This document shows, in pieces, positions 24,771-38,563 of a stretch of DNA of 64,000 nt. The DNA is taken from positions 61,088,708 through 61,152,707 of the forward strand of contig NC_068992.1 of assembly GCF_001194135.2 (NCBI RefSeq). The letters are read 5' to 3'. The position numbers were made by a program, and so were the translations under genes. Every line of letters begins with the position of its first letter. Position 1 is the first letter of the stretch. Origin of the DNA: Octopus bimaculoides (Eukaryota). The notes beneath the pieces are model-generated. The model did not search any database, was not told the DNA's origin, and was given only the letters and a program-made list of their open reading frames with translations.

Positions 24771-26638
24771 GTGTACAATTATTAGGATAGTCAGCTACAA
24801 CTAGCAGTCTCTGGGTCGGGTTGTACTGTACTTCTGAGACTGTTTAATAAATGTATATGCGTTGGTGTTGTTGGTGAGAGTGGAAGCATTATGGAGCCTC
24901 AACTGGCAAACCAAGTCCGCAATGCAGTGCGTGATTTCTGTTTGAAGCCATTTTTACTTGATTTTCATTTGTAACACATTGGAGGAAGTCAAGAATATCG
25001 AACAGTCTTGCTGTTCACTTTTGTGAATTGATGTCCTTGCACCTAACTAAGGAATCAGAATGTGTATTTGTACGTGGCATAGAATGGAAGGGAAATTTCT
25101 AGTCAATGAAACTGGAAACCCAGGTTCAATTCTTACTTGTAACCATTACATTTACTCTGCTGATACCTTTAGAAATAGGTTGAATACAACAACGAAAACC
25201 TGAGCCAATCAGTAAACCTTTCTGAAGTTACATGACCTGCAAGAAATAGCAGTCAAATCTCCCTCAGATCAGGTGCTATTGTCTTAAAGAGAGACATATC
25301 AGATAATGTGAACCTGAGTGTACTGTGCCTAAGAAAACAGGATGGTTATAATTGGAATGCTTTTGTTCCCAAGTCTTCTGTGAAAAATATGTTTGGCCCT
25401 GGGGAAATATTACCCTGCTTGGGAACATTTGAGAGTTAATGGCAGGAAAGGCATCCAGCCTTAAAAAAGATATTTCAACAAATTCCATCTGACTCCTGCA
25501 TACATGGGAAAGTTTATATTAAAATGATGATGGCAATGATTGTATATACATACATACTTATGTGTGTGTGTGTGTGTGTGTAGTCATGTGTATTTGCTTG
25601 TGTTAGTGTATCTTTGTGTTTGTCTTTCACCATTTGATAACTGGTGTCGCTGTAAATTAGCAGCTTAGCAAAAACAGACTAACAGAATAAGTACCAGACT
25701 TCAAATTGATCCTGTCCTGAGATGAATTTGATTGACTAAACCCTTCAAGGTGGTACCCCCAGCATGGTAACTGTCCAATAACAAACATGTAAAAAACTGA
25801 AGAATTATTTAATTTTCACAGAACCCTCAAAGAAATCTTAGCCATTCTTTACACTTTTCCCTTGGAATCATGTGAATATTAGATCTTACCACCACTACAG
25901 TTTGAATATTGGTGCCAGTATTTTAATGTGGAAATTTCTAGATTTTGGTCTTCCTTCAGTTTTGCCAATTCTTTTGCTCATTTATCTTGCTTTTATTATT
26001 TTTTTTTATTCTTGCTGCTTATTCTATTGTCTCTTATTCTTTTATTATCAACTATTCTAGCTGCCTCTCTTCTTTACACCTTCCAAGAAGTAGATTTTAT
26101 ACCTTGTCGAACAGGTCTTATTTCTAAGTCATACACACAGAGGTGTGCCATTGTTGCATCTGTGTAACACCTTGCTCTCTATGGCTCTTGTACTTGATGA
26201 CATCAGTTTTGTTTTAACCACTGGTTTGTCTGGTAGAGCTGCATAGGGTCTCTCTGACATTCATTCTCTCTCTCCTCTTTCTCTCTCACTCTATATTTTA
26301 GCCTTCTTTCATCAGCCTCCTTTTCTCCTTTATTTGACTAACTTGTACATGGATTTACACTGTCTGGTTGGTGTCTTACTGTTTTCTATGTCTAAATATA
26401 AACGTGTGTCTACTTGCTTATTTGCAGTTTTTGATGATAATGTCCACTTGCAATGAAATAACTGTTTTATGCAGTCAAACTGCATGGTAGTCTCTCCTCT
26501 CTGCCCACACACTTTCTGTCACACACTTATATATAATCCATTCTTCTATATATTTCTTTCTCTATTTCTACTTCTGTAGCTCCCCACTTAATAATACACA
26601 CACATACACCCATACCTGACTCTCTCTGTCTCTCTTTT

Positions 26639-26677
<39 letters not shown>

Positions 26678-28741
26678 ATCCCTACCCATTTTCCTTGTAT
26701 ATTTGAGTCACCTTCAGTATGGATTTACTACAGCTTCCCTAATATTTCAGAATATGCAAACAAGTGTCCACACGTTTTTGTTCAATTTTTGTTCTTGTAA
26801 CTTTTAGCTTTATTTTTTTTTTGTGATCGGGTGGGAGCAGGATATTATTGCTACTTTGGTTAAGTCTACATGCTCATTACATTCAATCTTCAACTTCAGA
26901 TTGTATTTTTTTAAAATTTAATTTTTCATTGGAAAATAAGTACCATTAGGTAGTGTATTTCTTAACACTTAAAACAATACAGAAACTATGTAAGAGAGGA
27001 GCTTTTCACAGATTGGCAAAAAGGATCACAAATTTTACTGTTATATATGGTTATTTAAACATCAAGGCACATGGCTTTATGATTAGGGTATTTGGCTCAC
27101 AGTCATAAGGTTGTGAGTTTGACTCCTGGTGACATATTGTGTCTTTGAGCCAGACACTTGATTTCATGTTGCTCCAGTTTATTTACTGGAGTAAATGAGT
27201 AGTACCTGTATTTCAAAGGGCTAGCCTCATCACATTTTGTTGTGCTGTATCTCTCTGAGAACTACATTAAGAGTACACATTAATTTCATGAGCAGGCTGT
27301 TCTGATCATCAGAGCAACTGGAGCACCCATTATTGTTACCAACAGTGTCAGTCTAGTTGCATTGTTTTTAGATTGTGACAGACTAAAGACTGGATTATCG
27401 TGACTGGAGTGGCTTTAATCTTTTAAAAGTCTTTAATCATATGCCATGTGACCTGGGTCTAAACAAAAAATAAATATGATTGTCAATAAAATACATGTCA
27501 TTTGTAGTTCGTCAACCTGTTAGAAATATTAGCCATAAGGAAAGGACACATTAAAGAATGTATTTCTAGACATCCCTCCTTAAAAAGTTGGGGTAGCCAA
27601 TGGTGGAATGCCTTTGATGAGAGATAAGCCCATGCTGAACAAACCCATGATTAAAGGTATTCTAGGCATTACCTTTCTGTATATGTAGATGTTAAGACAG
27701 TACAATGTCCTTTGGGGGAGATTTGACTACTATTTCTAGCAAGTCAAATGACCAAGTTGAAGTATCATTATCAGTTCATATTGCTTGAAGTGATATTCTC
27801 TGATAACAGCATGGTTAGCCTTTCGTTGATAGGTTTAAGTTCTTTGATAAGAAAGTGCGTTTATTGCAGAGCATCAGTAAGCTTCTTGCAAGCGAAGGCT
27901 GGGATTCAAGTTTGATTCTCAGTTGAGACAATTTCATTTCATTTACTCATTCCTGGGTTTTCTGACCATTGTTAATAACTCAGAGTGGGTACAGCTTCTG
28001 ACAAGCTGACTGACAGTCTTTGCTCATGACACATCATACAGACAAAGCTTTCACTCGGTTGCCTGACCACCCATTGAGGTTTACATAAGTTTCATTCATA
28101 AGGAAATGTTGACACACTTGATTCAACACACATATATGAGATGACTGTTTATTTATTTATTGATTGATTAATGGGTTGGTTGGTGATACACTAGCTGTGA
28201 TTCAGCTAGTGTACTGTATAGTAAGAAAGTAGTCTGCTTAGTTAATAACAAGAAGGTGATGGAGTTGGTGCATTATGTAATAAGAGAAATTGTGCAGATC
28301 AAATATTAGTGTATTATGTAGCAGAGATGTGGAATTGGTGCAGTGCAAACAGATTATTGGAAATATTTTTGTGGTACTGATAGTGGTGCCTGAGAGTCCT
28401 GAGTTCTAATCCTTGAAACTGCCAATGCAAGGATAGAATTGGTATTTTTCCCTTTTGGAGTTTATGAAATATTTACCATAAAGATGGCTGTGTGGTTAAG
28501 AAGTTTGCTTTGCAACCATTTAGTTTTGGGTTTCATTTTATCTCATGATCTGGTCCCTTGGGCAAGTGTCTGTCTATTATAGCCTCAAGCTGATCAATGC
28601 ATGATTAGTGAAATTTGGTAGATGGAAATTAAGTAAAACTTCAAAGTCACTGTTAACTTTTTTGTTGTAAAAGTGTAACCCCCCCCCCCCCGAAAATATG
28701 GTGCTCTACTTAAAAGTATTGATCTTTCAATTTAACCTTTG

Positions 28742-28772
<31 letters not shown>

Positions 28773-28799
28773 ATAAATTTATATTAAAAATAGATATTA

Positions 28800-29534
28800 G
28801 TATATAAAGTTTATAAAATTCTTATGTCAAGAACATACAATTCTTGATAGTAAGAATAAAGCTTCTAAAATGGATAAAGAAATCCAAAGAATTGTTTTGG
28901 TTCGATTGTAGAATTCCTGTCATATCTATAAGAAATGTGAATTTGAGTCTGTGGGCAGCCTTCAACTTTTTCTATATAAAAGGATGGGTTTTCAACTCTA
29001 TATTTATGTGCTTTATGCACTTGAATACCCACTATTCCAAATTCCCATCAAAAGTTAATATAATTCTTATGACATCAATTAATATACATATATAGAATTC
29101 ATTAATAGAGTTCAAAACGCTGTCTGGCAAAAACAAACTTACCTCATTTTTTAGACTTCTTTGAATATAGCTCCAATAACTGTTGTTGCTGTAATTGTTG
29201 CTTTTGCAACTGTACTATGAAAGCTAATCGGTCTTCCATTATTTAACAAGTTGTATCACGAACACATTAAGTAACCTATGTGAGCTTTAAAACACTTGTC
29301 ACCAGATGTTGTAACATAATGTGTTACATACAATAAATAAGATAACAGTAACAGCACGGTAATGAACTAACAAATCTCTTTATGAACCAATAATCAATAT
29401 TCCTTGTGAATTAATCAACCGACACCTGACTTCACTGCAATTCACTCAACTCCAAACTCTGATCCTTACTTGGATCAATTACTATTTATACTTTATTCGG
29501 ACCAGTTTATCTCTCGCAAGGGGGTGTCGTAACT
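28800..29534 (-). mobile_element. Ty3/Gypsy relic: 5' LTR (~29307-29534), PBS, and decayed gag N-terminus
   Basis: On the minus strand the LTR starts (a)gttacgac, contains TATAAA (29485-29490) and ends tgttacaaca. It is followed by tc-TGGTGACAAG (PBS-like, 29295-29304). ATG at 29239 gives MEDRLAFIVQLQKQQLQQQQLLELYSKKSKK; after a frameshift in an A-run, EVSLFLPDSVLNSINEFY and later FLLSRIVCS*HKNFINFIY, resembling invertebrate Gypsy gag motifs (from memory). Confidence 0.7.
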
Positions 29535-29710
29535 CTCACCTTAACAATAAGAAAATGAGATGACAAAGGAATAAATGATTATATTATGAACTTCATTTGC
29601 TGAAGCTGTTTCTGCTCATTGTTGAGTACCTGAGTAATACCTTATAGCTTAAGTGGAACTTTGAATATGAAGTGTAATTTATTACACATACATATATATA
29701 TATATACACA

Positions 29711-30354
29711 TCATCATCATCATCATCATCATCGTTTAACGTCCGCTTTCCATGCTAGCATGGGTTGGACGATTTGACTGAGGACTGGTGAAACCGGATG
29801 GCAACACCAGGCTCCAGTCTAATTTGGCAGAGTTTCTACAGCTGGATGCCCTTCCTAACGCCAACCACTCAGAGAGTGTAGTGGGTGCTTTTACGTGTCC
29901 CCCGCACGAAAACGGCCACGCTCGAAATGGTGTCCTTTATGTGCCACCCGCACAAGCCNNNNNNNNNNNNNNNNNNNNNNNNNNNNNNNNNNNNNNNNNN
30001 NNNNNNNNNNNNNNNNNNNNNNNNNNNNNNNNNNNNNNNNNNNNNNNNNNNNNNNNNNNNNNNNNNNNNNNNNNNNNNNNNNNNNNNNNGGCTTGCCGGG
30101 TCTTCTCACGCACAGCACATTTCCAAAGGTCTCGGTCAGTAGTCATCGCCTCGGTGAGGCCCAATGTACGAAGGTTTTGCCTCACCACCTCAGCCCAGGT
30201 CTTCCTGGGCCTACCTCTTCCACGGGTTCCCTCAACTGTTAGGGTGTGGCACTTTTTCACGCAGCTATCCTCATCCATTCTCACCACATGTCCATACCAG
30301 CGCAATCGTCTCTCTTGCACGCCACAACTGATGCTTCTAATGTTCAGCTTTTTC
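29711..30354 (-). mobile_element. 5'-truncated RTE-clade LINE (ORF C-terminus, 3' UTR, (GAT)n tail), spanning a gap
   Basis: 30090-30354 reads KLNIRSISCGVQERRLRWYGHVVRMDEDSCVKKC...VEGTRGRGRPRKTWAEVV...DRDLWK on the minus strand, a typical RTE C-terminus. 29711-29958 is the 3' UTR ending in (cat)n on the + strand. Confidence 0.9.
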
Positions 30355-31091
30355 CGTCTATATATGGAAAAAAAAGTATCAAAGCATGTAACAAACTTTA
30401 TGTAATAGTGTGAGGTTGATGAGTCATTCTGTTGCTGCTCAGTTTTGTACTTGTGTGTGATCATTGATGCTTTATCTGGTACAGCATCAATGATTGCACA
30501 GATATATGACACTCAATGGAAAGATGAAGTGAACGACAATGGTGTGTGTGTTTAGATGTTTTAGCTTAATGGAATTATTTCTGTTAAAATGCAATTAAAA
30601 AATAAAAACATTGTGACAGTGACATTTTCATTTATTTGGAATATAATGCAATAAATACACAGGTTCATTATAATTATATATTGTGGGCTTTCCTGTCATA
30701 GATTCAGGTTTTGCAATTTCTTGCTGAACAACTTGCAGAGATGATTTGTTTATAGTAATCAAATATTTGTGCTGTACACTAGATCACTCTCTCCATCAAA
30801 TCAACATTACCTGTACAGGTGCATGATATGGTATATGTCAGATGTCAAAGTGATTGTGGAGCAACATGAAACGAAGCGTTCAGTTAATGTACACAATGCA
30901 TTGCCTAGTCCAGGAAATGAACCCATGATCTCGCAATTGTGAACATAGCACCCTAACCACTAGGCCATGTGTCCCCACATATAAAAATATAATTACATTG
31001 AAACTATGCACAAATGTACACTACACGTGATAATCACATTGGTAGCATTCGCATAAACACATGGCTAGGTGTGTATGTATGTATGTATGTA

Positions 31092-31154
<63 letters not shown>

Positions 31155-31817
31155 GTTGAGGGAGGAGACACATTTATCTATTTTAAGACAGTCTGGTGGT
31201 ACTGGTTGTGGCAGAAAATGTAAAGAGTTAAAGATAATGAATGGTAGAGTAGGAGAGTGTGTGATACACAGTAAACAAACATATATATATACGTGTCAGA
31301 GTTTTCTGTATCTGAGTTTTATGTTTTTTTTTAATGCTTGTGTCCCAAAGAAAGTGCCAGGGTAGCAATATTTATAATAGTTATGCAGTAGCAGTGAAGG
31401 TTGGATACCAGCCAAATATAGGTTGGCGCATTGCTGCCATATTGGTTTGACACTGTCTGTTGCTTCTACTTATGCTGCTGTTGTTACTACTGCTGCTGCT
31501 GCTGATAGTGCTGCTCCGACTGTGCTAATGTATCATAACACTGCATTAGTTTTACTGCAGCCCACACAATTAGTCTTCAGTCTTGGACAAATTTTTGCAT
31601 TTGCATAAACACACATACATACAGACACAAACACACACATTTGGGGTATGCTTAGTGTGTTAGTTATGTGTACATATAGATAACATGTGTGCTATGTTTG
31701 TGTATATCATCATCATCATGCGCGCGCGCGCGCACACACACACACACACATCTTTAGTTTCTTTACATCTAAAGATGTTTCTCTGCGTGGGTGTGTCTCT
31801 GTGTATGTATGTATGTA

Positions 31818-31854
<37 letters not shown>

Positions 31855-31987
31855 NNNNNNNNNNNNNNNNNNNNNNNNNNNNNNNNNNNNNNNNNNNNNN
31901 NNNNNNNNNNNNNNNNNNNNNNNNNNNNNNNNNNNNNNNNNNNNNNNNNNNNNNNNNNNNNNNNNNNNNNNNNNNNNNNNNNNNNNN

Positions 31988-32089
31988 GTTTCTTATTCTA
32001 TTGGTCTCTTTTTGCTGAACGGTTAAGTTATGGGGACACACCAATGCCGGTTGTCAAGCAGAGGTGAGAGACAAACACTCACTCACTCA

Positions 32090-32134
<45 letters not shown>

Positions 32135-32300
32135 GTATATATACACGACAGGCTTCTTTCAGTTTCTGTCTACCAAATCCATTCTCAAGGCTTTGGTTGG
32201 CCTGAGTCTATAGTATGACAATTGCTCAAGATGCTGCACAATAGAACTGAACCCAGAGCCATGTCGTTTGGAAGCAAGCTTCTTACCATGCCTATGCCTA
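31988..32300 (-). mobile_element. CORE-type SINE, next to a gap
   Basis: Same family motifs with internal (CA)n. Confidence 0.7.
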
Positions 32301-32341
32301 CACACACACACACCTACACACACACACCTACACACACACAC

Positions 32342-32414
<73 letters not shown>

Positions 32415-32659
32415 CTATCTCAAAATTTCTACAAAGAGAATATGAATCCATGACTAATTAACAACTCCAACCTTAGCCATAGGTCTATCTGCAAATCTTA
32501 TCATTGATTCATTTAGTTATCCCATGTGAACTTTGTCTGTGTGTCCGAAATACTGCAGTGCTCACGAGCTTCTTCATATATTATCCTTACCATCTGCACC
32601 ACTTTCATCATCGTCGTTATTTTCATCATCATCATCATTATTATTATTATTATCATTGT

Positions 32660-33395
32660 TAAGACAGTGACCTGGCAGAATTGTTTGTATGCTGGACAAA
32701 ATGCTTTGCAGCATTTCGTCCATCTTTTCATTCTGAGTTCAAATTTCACTGAGGTTGACTTTGACTTTCATCCTTTCAGGGTCAATAAATTAAGTAGCAA
32801 TAGAGCACTGGAGTCGATGTAATCAACTCTTGCCTCCCCCCAAAAACTGCTGGCCCTGTGCCAAAATTTATCAGTGTTGTTGTCCTTGTTATTATTATTC
32901 AAATTTTGGCTCAAATTATTATTTAAATTATTATTATTATTCGAAGCCAGCAATTTTTGGGGGAGGCGTAAGTCAATTACATCGACCCCAGTGTTCAAAT
33001 GGTACTTATTTTATTGCCCCTGAAAGGATGAAAGCCCTCAGCGGAAGTCAACTTTGACTTTCATCCTTTTGTGGATGGTAGAACAAGTACCAGTTGAGTT
33101 CTGGGTTTGGTATAATCAACTTGGCCTCTGCCCTAAAACTACTGGCCTTGTGCCAAAATTTGAAACCATTATTATTAGTATTATTTTTATTATTATCATC
33201 ACTGTGAGCTGACAGAATTGTTTACATATTGGAACAAAATACTTAGCATTTCTTCTGGCTCTTTGTTTTGAGTTCAAATACTGCCAAGGTTGTTGTTACC
33301 TTTTGACCTTTTGGGTCAATAAGTAGCAGTTGTGTTCTGGGGTTAATGTAATCAACTAACCCCCTTCCCCAAAATTTCAGGTTTATAGCAGAAAG

Positions 33396-33410
<15 letters not shown>
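32660..33410. mobile_element. Cluster of the same SINE with one inverted, truncated copy
   Basis: + copy at 32660-32875, - fragment at ~32940-33040, then further + copies. Confidence 0.72.
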
Positions 33411-33437
<27 letters not shown>

Positions 33438-33999
33438 CATCCAAAAGTCCCATTGCAGCTTTTTGATTTTTTTCTTTCCTTTTAATAACCAACTCAGTGT
33501 TTAGCATTTCCTAACTGGATATCATTTCACTTTAACTGCACCACTAATCTCCTTGGGAAAAACAACACTTTGTCTGTCTGTCTGTCTGTCTTCCCAAATC
33601 ACTTCTCTAAAATTTAGAACATTCATTCTTTTAAAGAACAAATAATTTTTGTTGTTGGCTTTGGTGCAGTAATGAATTATAATTATAACAAAAAGGTTTT
33701 ACTTCATTTAAATTCTATCCAATGGAATGGCAGAGTTGGTAATGTGCCAAACCTAATACTTTGTACTATTTAATGTCATGCTATTTACTCTCTCTACTGC
33801 TTCGACTGCTACTTCTCTCTGAGTTGGCTGGTCTTCTCACCTCCAACTTTGACCAATCCGACACAGTATCTTCCCTCTATATTGTTTCCATTTTCATAGA
33901 CCTATACTAAACACTTTGTCCAGTTCTTCCTCCTCCAGTGTTACTTCTCTGGAATTCTTCCCCTGATCATGTTTTCTTATTGACATCAATCAACTTGTA

Positions 34000-34200
34000 T
34001 CATATTTTCCAGCATACAAGTTGACATAGTGATGATGTTTGAATGTTTACACTGTTTACACCATAACTATCTTTCCATTGTTTGCTGCATTTCAAAAGGA
34101 AATGTTGGTCCTTCAAAATGTCTTGGTGTATAAGTCAACCTACTTTTGTTAACTGTAACACTGTGTCTGAAAGATTTGACTTGTATGCTGGAAAATATGG
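34000..34200. mobile_element. pogo/Tc2-type MITE, 201 bp
   Basis: TA flanks; near-perfect TIRs catattttccagcatacaagt / acttgtatgctggaaaatatg. Confidence 0.85.
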
Positions 34201-34444
34201 TAGCTGTTGAAGAATATTGTATTCTCTTATCTACTGTATCTGGTCTCTCAAGTACTGTGAAGTCCAAAGGCACAACCCCTTCAATATGACAAACCCTGTT
34301 CATATCCTGCTCTGTTTTATTTTTAGAGGAATTTTTTTTTCCTCCTTTCACATCATGAATATTTTTCACTAAACCACCAAAAATACCACTTAAAATGAAT
34401 AAAATAATGCATTTCAACTCCCATATATGCTTAATGAAATATTA

Positions 34445-35345
34445 TTATGGTGATGTACTGGCAGAATCATGAGCAAGCCAGATAAAATGCATGGCAGCAT
34501 GTTGTCTGTCTTTATGTTCTGAAGTCGAATTCTACTGAGGTCAACTTTCTTTCATCCTTTTGGGGTCAATGAGAATGAGTATCAGCTGAGTAACGGGACT
34601 GAGGTTATCAGCTCTCCCTTGCACAAAAGTTTAATGCCTTATGCCTATAGTAGAAAGGATTATTATTATTATTAAGGTGGCGAATAGGCAGAGTTGTTGG
34701 GATATTGGTCAAAATGCTTAGCAGCATTCATCTTTGGTACTTTACATTTTGAGTTCAAATCCTGCTGAAGTCAACCTTGCTTCTCATCCTTTCAGAGTTA
34801 GTCAATTACATCAACACCAGTATTTGACTAGTATTAATTTTACTAACTCCAACATCTCAAAATTGCTGATTTTGTGCTAACATTTGAAACCATTATTACA
34901 AACGTGGTGAGATGGCCAAATCATTAGCATGCCAGATAAAATGCTTGATGGAATCGTTACTTTTTCTTCTGAATTCAAATTCTGACAAGGTTGACTTTGT
35001 CTCATCCTTTTGGGGTTGATGAAATAAGTACCACCAGTTGAGCACTTGGGTTGATATAATCTTACCCTTTCCTCCTCAAATTGCTAGCCTTGTGTCAAAA
35101 TTATTATCATTATTATTGTGCGATGGCGATGATGGCAGCATGCTGGGCAAAATGCTTAGTGGCATTTTATCTGTCTTTGTTCTTAGTTCAAATTCTGTTG
35201 AGGTCAACTTTGCCTTTTATCCAATTTGGGGTTGATAAAAATAAGTACTAGTTGAGCACTAGGGTTGATGTAATTGACTTCCCCTTTCCTCCAAAATTGC
35301 TGGCCTTGTGCCAAAATTTGAAACCATTATTATTATTATTATTAG
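34445..35345 (+). mobile_element. Head-to-tail array of ~4-5 copies of the same SINE
   Basis: Same unit motifs and (ATT)n linkers. Confidence 0.78.
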
Positions 35346-36037
35346 TATTATTAGTAGTAGTAGTAATAGTAGTAGTAAGAGTGGGGTGCAATCAATAGGG
35401 CAGTGGCCCAAGTGCTTTGTTGTATTTACCTGTCTTTTCACATTTGGGGATCAGATCTCAGCCAAAATTGACAATGCATTTTATCCTTTCAAGACCAAGA
35501 AATCTAAGTACCAGTCACAGTCAAGTCCTACAGGTTGGGGTATTGAAACAGTCGACTACACCCTCCTTACTGCTACTATTACTACTATTACAATATGACT
35601 TGCAACCAGTTGGTGCGGATGTTAGAAAACTCAGCTAGATGCTTTACTATGTGAACATTAAGAAGCAAACAAATGAATGACTTATCGAGTGCAAGTATAT
35701 ATATATCTCACCCCTCCCTCTATCATTCTCCTTTCTCCCTATCTTTCTCTGTCTCTGAATGGTGGGTTAATTTTTTTAGAAAGAACCTGCTTCTGAAAAA
35801 CTAATGTATTGCAACTTCGACCCAGTTAGATCACGTTCAGCTTTCTTGGTGCAGTGAGGGGGGGGGGGCGCATGAGTGTTGCTTTCAAGTTAGATGATCT
35901 GGGATAATATTTCAACAACTTCTCTTTAAATAAAAAAAAAAAAATTAATTTAGCATCAGGATTTTAAACAAATTGTTACTAATTAGTTAGTAAGATTGAT
36001 AGTAACAATAATGTAAATTGATAAGGTTAAAGGGGTA

Positions 36038-36070
<33 letters not shown>

Positions 36071-36073
<3 letters not shown>

Positions 36074-36625
36074 GATAGTGAGCTGGAAGAATTGTTAGCA
36101 TACTGGACAAAATGCTACTAAGAATTTTGTCTGTCTACATTCTGAGCTCAAATTCTATTGAGGTCAACTCTGCTTTTCAACATTTCTCGGTTGATAAAAT
36201 ATGTACCAGTTGATTGTTGAGCTCAATATAATCCCACCCCCACAATTGCTGGTTTTGTCAAAGTTAGAAAGGACAATTATTAAGGCAATGAACAGGTAGA
36301 ATTATTAGCACACCATACAACAAACTTAGTGGTATTTCTTCCAATTTTACATTCTAAGTTCAAATGCTGCTAAAATCAACTTTGTATTCTGATAATTTTG
36401 GAGTCAATGAAATAAGTACCAGTTGAGCACTAAGGATGATGTAATTGATTAGCCCCCTCCCCTAATTTCAAGCTTTATGCCAAAATTTGAAGCAATATGG
36501 TGGCAAGTTTGGCAGAGTTATTAGTATGCCGAACAAAATGCTTAGCGTTTCTTCTGGTTTTATGTTTGGAGTTCAAATTTTTCTGAGATTGACCTCACCT
36601 TTCATCCTTTTGGGGTCAATAAAAT
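36071..36625 (+). mobile_element. Array of ~3-4 copies of the same SINE
   Basis: Follows a long (ATT)n; same unit motifs. Confidence 0.72.
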
Positions 36626-37602
36626 TCCCTTCATGTCATCAACCCTCACTTGTTTCCAAGCAAGGCAATATTCCCTTATGATTAGATATGTTAATGCAGA
36701 ATGTCAGAAGTGAATGACACTGCTTGTATGACAGTGACACTTATTTACAACTATCACAAAATATCAAGCAAGGAGACAAGCATACACACACTCACATAGA
36801 CATATGAATGCATATGCAACAGGCTTCTTTCAGTTTCTATCAACCAAATCCACTGACAAGGCTTTGGTCGATGCAAGGTTTTAGTAAAAGACACTTCAGT
36901 TCCATGTAGTGGGACTGAACCTGAAACCATGTGGTTGGGAAGCAAGGAGGTGGTGGTAATGGTAATAGTGATAAAGAGTAGAAAATTAAGAATTTCTGCT
37001 CCATTTAGTTTTGACCTTAAAGAAATAGTTGCTGTTTATTAATGAGACTTCATGTTACCAGCAGACCTACCATTTTACTAGAGCTGAAAGCATGTAGAAG
37101 TCAATTAATAATTTATAATTAATTATTAATGTCTTAATGATAATCAATAATCTCAAGAAGCTGAATAGATTGTATAATCAATGAGATATTGATCTTTGGT
37201 ACTATGATATTGTAAAAAGGTAACTGTGTTTGGCACCCATATGTTCTCAATACAATCTCAAATAGTTGATTGGCAATAACTGACTATTTCCTGTTTAATA
37301 CTGGTATAATGGGGCAGGTATTCTACTAACAAACTATACACTTATAGGTATACATATGCACACACACATAGACTCAAATACACTTGTACACATACACTCA
37401 CACCAGTGCACATGCACACAGATGTACCCTTAAAGCTGTACATATACATATATAAATATATTTATATGAAGATATACAAAGAAGCACAGGAATACAAATG
37501 CACATACATGTACACATATGCACACATTTAAAAACATACATAAACATACACATAAATTCAGGAAAATTTAGATATGCATACTCATGAAAATACACATTCA
37601 TG

Positions 37603-37663
<61 letters not shown>

Positions 37664-38532
37664 ATCTACATAAACACAGACTCTCTCTCTCTCTCTCTCT
37701 CTCATTCACAAAGTCACTATTAAAGGAAGATAGTTTCTACACTATAAAATGGTTAACAAGACAAGTACAGTTAATTTCTCATCTGTGGCTTTCTGCAAAC
37801 TACCTTTTTTTTTTTTTTTTTGCAAACATTCATTAATTAGTAACTTGCTGAGTTATTGCATCTTAAAGGAGGGGGAAAAAATGAAAAATATAAAAAAGAC
37901 AATATACTTTACATCTTATATTGAGTACATTTTTTTATCTACCTATTTGGTAAGCTTATAATTTGTGTATGACTGATTAATATTAGTTTATATAAAGGTC
38001 TCAAATTATGTGTGATCTAAGGTACACTTATAAACATTATTATGGAATTTAATTACACACACATATATATAATACACACATACATGCATATATATATTAT
38101 ACAAACATACATTTCCATCCAACTTAAGCCGGCATAGAAAAACAAAAAATGGACGTTAAATGATGACAATGTTACATACATATATATATATTATGAACAC
38201 ATGCACATATATATATTCTACCTTTACAGATACAAGCACATATGTATTATACACACACTTGTGTATCTGTATTACACACACACACATACATGGGTATGTG
38301 TATTATACACTCACATACATGTGTATATGTATATTACACNNNNNNNNNNTATACACGCACTTGTGTATCTGTATTATACACACACGCACTTGCATATATG
38401 TATTACACACACACACATATATGGGTATGTGTATTATACACTCACATACATGTGTATATGTATATTACACACACATGTACACACACACACACATGTACAC
38501 ACACACACACATGTACACACACACACATGTAT

Positions 38533-38563
<31 letters not shown>

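Larger units (their letters stand above)
760..38349. other. Seven assembly gaps (760-936, 9909-10109, 23246-23459, 24468-24706, 29959-30089, 31855-31987, 38340-38349)
   Basis: N runs in the sequence; coordinates span the first to the last gap, not one continuous feature. Confidence 0.98.

Noticed and set aside
26388-26455. MSKYKRVSTCLFAVFDDNVHLQ* as possible FERM first exon
   Set aside because: Only vague similarity to CTVRLLDD, in-frame stop, and no phase-0 donor.
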